A DNA stretch of 63,835 nucleotides, counting the filler, from Octopus bimaculoides (taxonomy: Eukaryota): assembly GCF_001194135.2 (NCBI RefSeq). It is 8 parts of 8 records of this genome, joined end to end, with 100 filler letters (N's around TTAATTAATTAA, not from the genome) between each part and the next. Parts side by side here need not be neighbours in the genome. Positions count along the whole stretch, not along the records: positions 46,761 to 53,484 come from NC_068990.1; positions 53,585 to 57,669 come from NC_068995.1; positions 57,770 to 61,661 come from NC_069006.1; positions 61,762 to 63,835 come from NC_068998.1; 4 more parts are not named here. One strand, 5' to 3'. Shown piece after piece: positions 53,214 through 63,835 of this stretch (positions are counted from its first letter, which is position 1; every line of letters begins with the position of its first letter). The position numbers and the translations under genes were made by a program. Under the pieces are notes generated by a model, which saw only the letters and a program-made list of their open reading frames with translations, had not been told where the DNA came from and ran no database searches.

Positions 53214-53334
53214 TCTCTGACGAAGCCCAGAGACACACGCAAGTACCTTAATCTTATCTACCAACTACTTCAGTTCACTGAAGGGATGAAAATAGATCGG
53301 GTACTATGGCCTCTTGGTTGAAATAGCTGTAAGA
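53214..53334 (+). ncRNA. Type I hammerhead ribozyme motif with long stem II
   Basis: TCT-CTGACGA-AGCCCAGAG...CTCTTGGTT-GAAA-TAGCTG-TA-AGA. 3-bp stem I, near-palindromic stem III ATAGCTGT. Nested pairs AGTACC/GGTACT, ATCTA/TAGAT and CTTCAG/CTGAAG inside stem II. Confidence 0.7.
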
Positions 53335-53484
53335 TACAATCCTATTTTCTATGCTCTACGTATATATTTTAATAATTACTGGTATTTTTATATATTATAT
53401 ATGTAAAGTATAATAAGTTATACATGTATGTATGTTGTTATAATTGTTTTTTTAAATAAATAAATAGACATAATATAATGTCTA

Positions 53485-53584
53485 NNNNNNNNNNNNNNNN
53501 NNNNNNNNNNNNNNNNNNNNNNNNNNNNTTAATTAATTAANNNNNNNNNNNNNNNNNNNNNNNNNNNNNNNNNNNNNNNNNNNN
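53485..53584. other. Assembly join
   Basis: Linker at 53529-53540. Confidence 0.95.
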
Positions 53585-53617
<33 letters not shown>

Positions 53618-54463
53618 GTAAAAATATGTGACAATTATTCGGTAGCCATGATAAAACTCCAAGTTTCAGATGCCAGGGCGGAAACCCATGCCACCATCTC
53701 TTCAGTTATCTGGTCATTGAAAATTCCTATGAAAATGACCTATGAAAATATATATATATATAAATACACACACGCGTGCACACGCATACGCTCACCCACT
53801 CAGACACACATACACATCAGGCTTTTTACAGTTTTTTTTTTTTTCAACCAGATTCACTTACAAGACACTAGAGTGCACACGACCGTGGCCACACTGGGCC
53901 ACACACAGCAGTGGCTGCACATAGAGCCATATGTGATGTTAGTGATTTGATTTTAAACTCGACAAAATTTTGTGGTTTTCTGAGATCTAACAAATCAATT
54001 CCCAGTTTTACTCACCACAGAAGTGCAATAGCTGCAGAGTTAAGGAGCTGAGCTACCAACCACATCGTTGAGAGTTCAAACCGCATTGTATTTTTGTGTT
54101 ACTGAGCAAGGTACATAACTCTTAATTGTGTAAAAATGTTTGCAAAACTAAAACTAAATATGTTAGTGCGTTGTGAAGAGAGGGGAATTCTAACATTTTG
54201 GGGTTTGTTCATAACAAATAATTTGTTTCAGTTATTTTGACAAAAAAAAAAAAAAAGAAAAGAGGAAAAGGTTCCACTACTATTTTATGATTGAAGGTCA
54301 CAAATTACCAATCACAGAAACATGCAAAACAGATGTGAAATAAAAGAAATACCAAATTCTTTATCAATACATCATCATCATCTATTATATTGGTATTATA
54401 CTAAATAATCTTATCCAAAAACGTTGTCTCATAGACAAATCCTATCACTAGATATATACTTAC

Positions 54464-54563
54464 AGGTTCTGTTATATTTTGGTTTGATTTGCCTAAACAT
54501 TCTCCTGGATTCCAGCCTAATTTTTCCAGCATCTTCCTTCCTTTATTTTCTGATGGAATCTCT
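54464..54563 (-). CDS. AGGF1: AGGF1 G-patch exon
   Basis: Acceptor atctttcAG, donor GTAAGT. 100 nt, phase 2 to 0, in frame with the previous exon. Encodes EIPSENKGRKMLEKLGWNPGECLGKSNQNITEP, a G-patch domain. Confidence 0.92.
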
Positions 54564-54733
54564 CTGAAAGATTTTTAAAAAGCAGGGGAGAACTTTTTAA
54601 TCATGAAATATTACGTACATAATATTTGCAAGAATCTCTGGGTGTGTGTATGTATGTATATGTATACCTCAATATTTATGTATGACTATGAATATAGACA
54701 TGTAAATATGTTTGCATGTATGTATTAGTTGGT

Positions 54734-55116
54734 GGAAGCGCAATGGTCCAGTGGTTAGGGCAGCAGACTTGCAGTTATAGGATCGCGGTTTCGATTCCCA
54801 GACTGGACGTTGTGAGTGTTTATTGAGCGAAAACACCTAAAGCTCCACAAGGCTCCGGCAGGGGATGGTGGTGAACCCTGCTGTACTCTTTCACCACAAC
54901 TTTCTCTCACTCTTACTTCCTGTTTCTGTTGTACCTGTAATTCAAAGGGCCAGCCTTGTCACACTCTGTGTCACGCTGGATATCCCCGAGAACTACATTA
55001 AGGGTACACGTGTCTGTGGAGTGCTCAGCCACTTGCACGTTAATTTCACGAGCAGGCTGTTCCGTTGATCGGATCAACTGGAACCCTCGTCGTCATAAGC
55101 AATGGAGTGCCAACAA
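54734..55116 (+). mobile_element. Full-length tRNA-derived SINE, in an AGGF1 intron
   Basis: A box TGGTCCAGTGG, B box GTTTCGATTCC, ~380-nt body shared with 38442-38760 and 60225-60400. Resembles described octopus tRNA-derived SINEs; exact family needs a library search. Confidence 0.88.
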
Positions 55117-55335
55117 TGTATTAGTTGATATTCAAAACTGTGTAATTTTATTGGCATTTAAGAACATATATGAGTGCATGCATATGCGTATGTACTTTTT
55201 TTTGTTTCTATTTAAGAGTGTGCCAGTGTGTATTTTGCTGGAATTATATATTGAGATAGGAGTGCTCAATACGTGTCGCAGAGGCTATGGGTATTTAAAG
55301 AATAAAGAGGATACGGTATAATTAGAATGCCTTAC

Positions 55336-55469
55336 TCATTAACTGATGCTGCTTTTGCCGTGTTCTCGATGTAGGGGTTGCTACTGCCAACTGTTTTACG
55401 TCTGATCGAAGCTTTATCAGAATAATTGGGGTTTTTCAGGGCCTCAACATTGCTGACATATGCCGAATC
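55336..55469 (-). CDS. AGGF1: AGGF1 internal exon (KNPxYxD...RRxxVGS segment before the G-patch)
   Basis: Acceptor ccattacaaAG, donor GTAAGG. 134 nt, phase 0 to 2. Encodes DSAYVSNVEALKNPNYSDKASIRRKTVGSSNPYIENTAKAASVN(E), compare human LKNPKYKDRAGKRREQVGS. Confidence 0.88.
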
Positions 55470-55522
55470 CTTTGTAATGGAAAATATCAAAATATGCATG
55501 TTATAAAAAAAACACAGATAAT

Positions 55523-55538
55523 ATGGAGGAGGAGGAGA

Positions 55539-55598
<60 letters not shown>

Positions 55599-55788
55599 GT
55601 GGTGATGGTGATGATGATGGAGATGGTGATAGTGATGTTTGTGGTGATGACCATGTAGGTGGTGATAGTAAAGATGGTAATGATGATAGTAGCGATGGTA
55701 GTGGTGGTGGTGGTGGTGGTGGGTGGTGATAGTGGTGGGTGGTGGTGGTAGTGGGTGTGCTGGTGGTGGGTGTGCTGGTGGGTGTGAT
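55523..55788. repeat. (GAT)n/(GGT)n low-complexity tract in an AGGF1 intron
   Basis: Directly visible; source of the poly-D and poly-H ORFs. Confidence 0.9.
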
Positions 55789-56678
55789 NNNNNNNNNNNN
55801 NNNNNNNNNNNNNNNNNNNNNNNNNNNNNNNNNNNNNNNNNNNNNNNNNNNNNNNNNNNNNNNNNNNNNNNNNNNNNNNNNNNNNNNNNNNNNNNNNNNN
55901 NNNNNNNNNNNNNNNNNNNNNNNNNNNNNNNNNNNNNNNNNNNNNNNNNNNNNNNNNNNNNNNNNNNNNNNNNNNNNNNNNNNNNNNNNNNNNNNNNNNN
56001 NNNNNNNNNNNNNNNNNNNNNNNNNNNNNNNNNNNNNNNNNNNNNNNNNNNNNNNNNNNNNNNNNNNNNNNNNNNNNNNNNNNNNNNNNNNNNNNNNNNN
56101 NNNNNNNNNNNNNNNNNNNNNNNNNNNNNNNNNNNNNNNNNNNNNNNNNNNNNNNNNNNNNNNNNNNNNNNNNNNNNNNNNNNNNNNNNNNNNNNNNNNN
56201 NNNNNNNNNNNNNNNNNNNNNNNNNNNNNNNNNNNNNNNNNNNNNNNNNNNNNNNNNNNNNNNNNNNNNNNNNNNNNNNNNNNNNNNNNNNNNNNNNNNN
56301 NNNNNNNNNNNNNNNNNNNNNNNNNNNNNNNNNNNNNNNNNNNNNNNNNNNNNNNNNNNNNNNNNNNNNNNNNNNNNNNNNNNNNNNNNNNNNNNNNNNN
56401 NNNNNNNNNNNNNNNNNNNNNNNNNNNNNNNNNNNNNNNNNNNNNNNNNNNNNNNNNNNNNNNNNNNNNNNNNNNNNNNNNNNNNNNNNNNNNNNNNNNN
56501 NNNNNNNNNNNNNNNNNNNNNNNNNNNNNNNNNNNNNNNNNNNNNNNNNNNNNNNNNNNNNNNNNNNNNNNNNNNNNNNNNNNNNNNNNNNNNNNNNNNN
56601 NNNNNNNNNNNNNNNNNNNNNNNNNNNNNNNNNNNNNNNNNNNNNNNNNNNNNNNNNNNNNNNNNNNNNNNNNNNNNN

Positions 56679-57077
56679 GCTTTCTAATTGATGTATCAAT
56701 ACCAGCAGATGACAATGTTTCCCTAAAAGAAATGGAAAAACTTTCAAAATACAAAGACCTGGAAATAGAGGTAACTCGAATGTGGAATCTAAAAACAGAA
56801 ACAATTCCTATTATAGTAGGTGCCTTAGGTATAATAAAAAAATATTCAGACAAATACATAACAAAAACACCAGGACTTACAAATATATATAACATACAAA
56901 AAATTGCACTACTGGGCACAGCACACATCCTATGCAAAACACTTTCAATACAGTAACCATAAGAGCACCACAGCAAACCACAGCACATACCCAAGGCGCA
57001 CAGAGCTGCGCTCGGTAGTGAAGTGAAAGCACGTTATAAAAATAAAACTACTGAACAATAATAATAATAATAATAAT
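56679..57077 (+). mobile_element. R4/Dong-type RLE LINE family 1, well-preserved 3' end, antisense in an AGGF1 intron
   Basis: Uninterrupted LIDVSIPADDNVSLKEMEKLSKYKDLEIEVTRMWNLKTETIPIIVGALG...QKIALLGTAHILCKTLSIQ*, then 3' UTR and (AAT)n tail. Confidence 0.92.
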
Positions 57078-57423
57078 CTTTTCTTCTGGAAGAACAAGGC
57101 CTCAAATTTTTCGAGAAGGGATTAAGTCGATTACATTAACGCCAGCAATTTTGGGGAGGGGGTAAATTGACTACATCAACCCTGAAAGGATGAAAGGGCT
57201 AGTATTAGCAGAATTAGATAGAAAAAGCAGCAAAATCTCTCTTGAATGAAAGACTGCTGTCTGAGAAAATTGGAGGATACATTTGAATATATAGTCCTAG
57301 ATACACTATGTCTGATGAAAAAACAGTGGAATGCTTTTGACCATGTCAGTTTCATCAGAGCTGACCTGGACCCAAACAACAACAACAACAACAACAACAA
57401 ACAATTCAACTTATTTGACTTAC

Positions 57424-57580
57424 CAGGCTGACAGGTTTTTGATTGTGAGTCGTATTTAGCTTGAACCAGGCCTGGTTCACAATCATCGCAAGTCTCAGAA
57501 CCAGGGTGGATGTGGACTGCCATTGTCGTACCTCCCACAGTCAAGGTGTCTTCATGTTGTAGTGGGACAGGACTCTCTCC
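57424..57580 (-). CDS. AGGF1: AGGF1 internal exon (end of FHA domain plus HIHPGSxTCDxCEPG motif)
   Basis: Acceptor tatttgtAG, donor GTAAGT. 157 nt, phase 0 to 1. Encodes GESPVPLQHEDTLTVGGTTMAVHIHPGSETCDDCEPGLVQAKYDSQSKTCQP, matching the AGGF1 motif (human ...LEHGDEVKIGETVLSFHIHPGSDTCDGCEPGQV..., recalled). Confidence 0.9.
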
Positions 57581-57669
57581 CTACAAATACCAACAAATAC
57601 TGTAAAATGCCAATATGAGATGATACAGGAAACTAAATCTATATACATATATATATATATATATATATA

Positions 57670-57769
57670 NNNNNNNNNNNNNNNNNNNNNNNNNNNNNNN
57701 NNNNNNNNNNNNNTTAATTAATTAANNNNNNNNNNNNNNNNNNNNNNNNNNNNNNNNNNNNNNNNNNNN
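57670..57769. other. Assembly join separating the AGGF1 piece from the CYP piece
   Basis: Linker at 57714-57725. Confidence 0.95.
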
Positions 57770-57813
<44 letters not shown>

Positions 57814-58536
57814 TCCCTCATCACCACTTAACAACTGGTGCTGGTGTGTTTACTTTCACGTAACTTAACACTTCGGTAAAAGGGACCGATAGAAATAAGT
57901 ACCAGGTTTAAAAAAAAAAGGATTGGGATCGATTCATTCGGCTAAAAACTCTTCAAGATGGTGCCCCAGCACGGCCGCAGCCTAATGAATGAAAAAAGTA
58001 AAATATATATCCCTGCATCGACCGGATATTGCAGTTATACACCACTGGTCAGAATGTACTTCCGTAAATTGTTGTAGCTTTTAAATCATGCCACCCCGTT
58101 GACTTGGCGGGTATGGTCACATAACCTCTAAGCGTGAAGCCAGTCCGTCACAGGGTCGTCCATTTACAACGGGCTGGTGAGGGGCAACGCAAAATGAAGT
58201 GTTTTACGCAAGAAGACAACGCGTTGCTTATCTAGGTGGGGTTTGAACCCGAGATGTTACGGTATGTAAAGAGATGTCTACAAGTTATTTTGTCCAACAC
58301 GCTACAGAATTTGAATCGATAATACACTTTCAGCGTGTGTGTGTGTGTGTGTGTGTGAGTGTGAGAGTGTGTGTGTGTGTGTATGTGTGTGTGTATATGT
58401 GTGTATATGTGTGCGTATACGCATGTGTATATACAAATACAGGCACACACACACAATGCATATATCTGTATGTATTTATATATGTATAGATGTACACACC
58501 TGTACATATGCATATGTATAAATACATGCGTGTATA

Positions 58537-58579
<43 letters not shown>

Positions 58580-58914
58580 NNNNNNNNNNNNNNNNNNNNN
58601 NNNNNNNNNNNNNNNNNNNNNNNNNNNNNNNNNNNNNNNNNNNNNNNNNNNNNNNNNNNNNNNNNNNNNNNNNNNNNNNNNNNNNNNNNNNNNNNNNNNN
58701 NNNNNNNNNNNNNNNNNNNNNNNNNNNNNNNNNNNNNNNNNNNNNNNNNNNNNNNNNNNNNNNNNNNNNNNNNNNNNNNNNNNNNNNNNNNNNNNNNNNN
58801 NNNNNNNNNNNNNNNNNNNNNNNNNNNNNNNNNNNNNNNNNNNNNNNNNNNNNNNNNNNNNNNNNNNNNNNNNNNNNNNNNNNNNNNNNNNNNNNNNNNN
58901 NNNNNNNNNNNNNN

Positions 58915-58950
<36 letters not shown>

Positions 58951-59269
58951 AGAGAGAGAGTACACATACATACATATATTCATGCACACACACATATATT
59001 TATGTATGTGCATATATAAGTACATACATACAAACGCACGCATAAGTGTGAGCACGATCATTTCATACATACATATATCCATACATACATATAGACACAC
59101 ACATACAAAGACACACAGACAGATACAAACAAAGATATATCGATACATACACGCAGAGTTGTCGTGTCGAACACTATCATTTTCAACAGTGAATAGTGAT
59201 ATTGAATTATTGCCCTTACCTCAGTCGAATGCCCTGCTACATTAGTTGTCATTCTAGTTAGATCTATAG

Positions 59270-59700
59270 CGGCGAGTTGGCAGAAACGATAGCACACTGG
59301 GCGAAATGCTTAGCGGTATTTCGTCTGCCGCTACGATCTACGTTCAAATTCCGCCGAGGTCGACTTTGCCTTTCATCCCTTTCGGGGGTCGATAAATTAA
59401 GTACCAGTTACGCACTGGTGTCGATGTAATCGACTTAATCCCTTTGTCTGTCCTTGTTTGTCCCCTCTATGTTTAGCCCCTTGTGGGCAATAAAGAAATA
59501 AGAAACGTTAGCACGCCGGGTAAAACGCTTAGCGGTATTTCGTCTGTCTTTATGTTTTGAGTTCAAATTCCACCGAGGTCGAATTTGCTTTTCATCCATT
59601 CGGGTTTGATAAATTAAGTACCAGTTGCGTACTGGACTCATCTAATTGACTGGCCCCTATCCCCAATATTTCGGGCCTTGTGCCTAGAGGAGAAAAGATT
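59270..59700 (+). mobile_element. Tandem dimer of SINE family B
   Basis: Two copies of ttagcac.c.gggcgaaatgcttagcggtatttcgtctg...gttcaaattcc..cgaggtcga.tttgc.tttcatcc...ataaattaagtaccagtt. Confidence 0.85.
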
Positions 59701-60041
59701 ATAGTATAGATCTCAATGGCAGATGAATAATTTTTGAATTAAGTTAAGATTTCATATCTACAAATATTTTGTAATCTCCTTTTATATGATGCATCTCATA
59801 CTGTTTTTATTGGTCCCTGTGAACAATTAAAGAAACTCTAATCCATTGTTAACGTTTGAACTAAATATTGAATTTTTAAAAACATCTCTTTGCATACTAA
59901 AATTTCAAGGCTATCCAATATTTATACGCTGTCATGCATAGATCTTTCTTGTTTCGATTTCTCCTGTTAAAAACGAATTATTTCATGATCTCAATAAAAG
60001 AAATTATAATTATTTATTTTGTTTTATTTCATATTTGATAG

Positions 60042-60138
60042 ATTTGGGAGAAGAAGATATTCACTTTTCAAAGAACTCGGTATTCCTGGTCCCGAACCTG
60101 TTTGCTACTTAGGAAACATGATAGAATTAAAGAAACGA
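60042..60138 (+). CDS. Cytochrome P450 clan 3 (CYP3A-like), exon 2 with proline-rich hinge
   Basis: Acceptor atttgatAG, donor GTAAGC. 97 nt, phase 2 to 0. Encodes FGRRRYSLFKELGIPGPEPVCYLGNMIELKKR, containing the CYP3 motif FKxLGIPGPxPxxxLGN. Confidence 0.88.
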
Positions 60139-60224
60139 GTAAGCTTGTTGAATTCGTTTTCACATTTGCATGCCTATTTTTTTTATTTCACTCAGCTGGC
60201 AAAAATGATTAGTTCCAGTATTTC

Positions 60225-60400
60225 CAAAGTCCAGCCTTGTCACATTCTGCGTCACATTCTGCGTCACACTGAGAACTATGTTAAGGGTGAGCGTGTCTGT
60301 GGATTGCTCAGCCACTTATTTGCACATTAATTTCATGCGCAGCTTGTTCCATTGATCGGATCAACTGGAACCCCCGTCGTCGTAACTGACGGAGTACCAG
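60225..60400 (+). mobile_element. 3' part of the same SINE family, in the CYP intron
   Basis: cagccttgtcaca...ttaagggt...gctcagccactt...gatcggatcaactggaacc. Confidence 0.82.
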
Positions 60401-60409
60401 TTATTTCGA

Positions 60410-60830
<421 letters not shown>

Positions 60831-61328
60831 AAGACTATTATAGTTCCAGCCTCGTCTACGATGCTCTCCGATAATACTATATGTTTGACTGATATTTTAT
60901 TTTATAAACATCAGGATGTGAAACGATGCGAAGCTATTTATCGTCTGGCTATAGCTGATCAAGTAAGAAGTATGACGACATGATTCTTCGCTCACCGCAG
61001 CAGTCGCATTTATCTTCCACAGTTAAGATGACGAGCTTGTAGGATGGTTAGCACGTCTTTACGTTCTGAGTTCAAATTCCGTCGAGGTCAACTTTGCCTT
61101 TCATCCTGTCGGAGTCGAAAAAAATGAGGACCACTTGAGCACTTGGGTCGATGTAATGGACTTAGCCCAGCCTCCGAAATTGCTGGCTTCGTGTCAAAAA
61201 TTGAATCCAATATATAGAACACTTATAGTTTTTCTTGTGAATGTTTATGTCCGTAGCAACTAATACTACGAACATTTCAATCAGAATCATTCCTAACATT
61301 GCAACTAATTTCTTTCTGAATATTTCAG

Positions 61329-61381
61329 GGATTTTGTGATGCACCCAAATACTGGAGAGAAGTTTATGGAGACACATATGG
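61329..61381 (+). CDS. Cytochrome P450 clan 3 (CYP3A-like), exon 3
   Basis: Acceptor tatttcAG, donor GTAAG. 53 nt, phase 0 to 2. Encodes GFCDAPKYWREVYGDTY(G), the equivalent of CYP3A4 exon 3 (GFCMFDMECHKKYGKVWG). Confidence 0.82.
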
Positions 61382-61622
61382 GTAAGAATTATTTGCGTAT
61401 GAGCTTTTATCTAAAAAAAAATAATAATAATAAATTGCCTTGTAGGCAGTAGATAAGGATAATATTGAAATTGGTGGAGGGGAGATGAAATCTGAGAAGA
61501 TTTAGATCCATAAAACTACGTCTTCTGAATATCTAGAAATCACATAATTACAATATACAATTTCATATAGACACAGCACTATCTCAATATTTATTTGTCT
61601 ATTTATTAGGATGTTTAAATAA

Positions 61623-61661
<39 letters not shown>

Positions 61662-61761
61662 NNNNNNNNNNNNNNNNNNNNNNNNNNNNNNNNNNNNNNN
61701 NNNNNTTAATTAATTAANNNNNNNNNNNNNNNNNNNNNNNNNNNNNNNNNNNNNNNNNNNN
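61662..61761. other. Assembly join
   Basis: Linker at 61706-61717. Confidence 0.95.
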
Positions 61762-63835
61762 CATAGTTTTAATTTTAAATTATCCTCTATTATTATTTTC
61801 AAATTTACCTATATTGGGAAGTATATATAATTTGTTATTATATAATTTTAGTAATATTTAATTCATATATTTATTTTATTTAAATTATTGCATTATTTTT
61901 TATTTTTTATTTATTTAAAAAAAAAATTATTTATATAGTATATTCAAGTGCTTTAGAAATAAAATTGTGTGGTTATTTGATTCAGGAGTTAGGGGTTCAA
62001 TACTTCATTTTACTAAATGTAAAATTACTTCAGTGCAAGTCTTATGGTCTTATTGGAAACTATATTTGAATAACTATTGTAGTAGTTGTTATCGTTATCA
62101 TCAATCCTACATGAGTTTTATATTTGCTTCTGTTTTTCCCTAATTTTCATCTAATTTGTGTGAAAGTTTTTCATTTCAGTTTCAAATAAACAAACAATTA
62201 CTTTCTTAAATATGGAATATTTTGACACTGATTTAAGAATAGATGTTATTGTATATGCATGTTACTATAGAATTGTTACACTCACTTTAACTGTATGTAA
62301 CAACTATTGTTTTGACAGTTTGAGCCTTTATTGTCTTTTTCTTGTTTTTATATTCAAGTTGACAGTAAAAGTCCTAATGTTTCCAACACAACATTTTTGT
62401 CTTTACATTTTTTACTGTATTTTAAGATAGCATGAAATAACTACACAAGTGATAGGAATGTAATAGAAACAAACAAACAATCCAGAATATATAAAGGCAA
62501 GATAAGAATGATTAATTGGTTGCTGTCTTTTGTGTACACTAATAAAGCAACAGGACAGTTGTTTCTTATGGAGAAACTCAAATTTAAGCGGGAAACTCAG
62601 GACAGTTAAGCAATGAGACTTTGTGTATGTGAATGTGTGTGTGCATGCATGCGCGCATGTGTGCATGCATGCTTGCATGGCTTTTCACTGTTAGATGGTT
62701 GCAGAATTTTTAAGCTTCATCATAACATGTTTTCGTTCACACAGAAAATGAAAACCAAGACATTAGTGAATATATACACATGCACATACACAAACACGTG
62801 CATACACACACACACACACACACACACNNNNNNNNNNNNNNNNNNNNNNNNNNNNNNNNNNNNNNNNNNNNNNNNNNNNNNNNNNNNNNNNNNNNNNNNN
62901 NNNNNNNNNNNNNNNNNNNNNNNNNNNNNNNNNNNNNNNNNNNNNNNNNNNNNNNNNNNNNNNNNNNNNNNNNNNNNNNNNNNNNNNNNNNNNNNNNNNN
63001 NNNNNNNNNNNNNNNNNNNNNNNNNNNNNNNNNNNNNNNNNNNNNNNNNNNNNNNNNNNNNNNNNNNNNNNNNNNNNNNNNNNNNNNNNNNNNNNNNNNN
63101 NNNNNNNNNNNNNNNNNNNNNNNNNNNNNNNNNNNNNNNNNNNNNNNNNNNNNNNNNNNNNTATATATATATATATATATATATATGTTTATATGTGTGT
63201 GTGTGTCTGTGTGTATATATGTGTGTGTGTATATAAATCTATTTATGATTATTATTCATCTATATATGTATGTGTGAGTGTGTATGTTTGTATATATGAG
63301 TGCGTATGTGTGTATGTATGTATATGTATGTGCATACGTAATTCCAAAAAAGAAGTCATTAAATAAAAGATCCAAAATGATACTGAAGAATTGCTTTTAT
63401 TCTTTTCTTGTCAGAAGACCATTTTGGAATCAAATTATCTATTGGAAATTTATCTTAACTCACTTTACATGGAAAACACTTTAACTGGGATAAGGTTAAC
63501 AGTCTTGTGCGTACGTGTGTGTTTGAATTTCTTTTCTCATTCTTTCTCTTTCTCTCTATCTTTTTGTATCTCTCTTTCTCTTTCTCTTTCTGTATACACA
63601 TACATACATATATGTAGATAGATAGATAGATAGATAGATATCAAAATATAGATAATTAGATATCAAATAAAGTTGGGTATAAGTAAATATGAATAGTTAA
63701 ATGCATATTTATATGCACGTGTGTTCATGTACATGTATGTGTGTGTGCATGTGTGTATATATATGTATGTGTGTGTATGTATATATGTATGTGTGAATGT
63801 ATATAAGTACATGTTTTTATGTTTGTATGTATAGG

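Noticed and set aside
54734-54805. tRNA gene
   Set aside because: A and B boxes are present, but the acceptor stem does not close and the sequence continues into a multi-copy SINE body.

Overview
AT-rich, microsatellite-dense animal genomic DNA, most likely an octopus (inferred from the tRNA-derived SINE families and repeat landscape). The window is not one continuous locus. Seven identical 100-bp joins (N44-TTAATTAATTAA-N44) split it into eight scaffold pieces, so adjacency and orientation across joins are unproven. Two host genes are recognisable from spliced exons: three exons of an AGGF1 orthologue on the minus strand (FHA end, KNPxYxD segment, G-patch; 54464-57580) and exons 2-3 of a clan-3 (CYP3A-like) cytochrome P450 on the plus strand (60042-61381). 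The rest is mostly decayed mobile DNA: R4/Dong-type RLE LINEs sitting in (TAA)n arrays, Tx1/L1 and RTE LINEs, a Penelope GIY-YIG fragment, mariner/Tc1/hAT relics, MITEs and several SINE families. Most ORFs in the supplied track are microsatellite or N-run artefacts. The most interesting signal, invisible in the ORF track, is a set of type I hammerhead ribozyme motifs with palindromic stem III, as in Penelope elements and retrozymes. One is apparently intact inside a 201-bp element bounded by 21-bp inverted repeats (31000-31200), one lies at the end of a 1.48-kb element with 54-bp inverted ends (51235-52713), and one has a long structured stem II (53214-53334). All folds and translations were done by eye; no database search was run.
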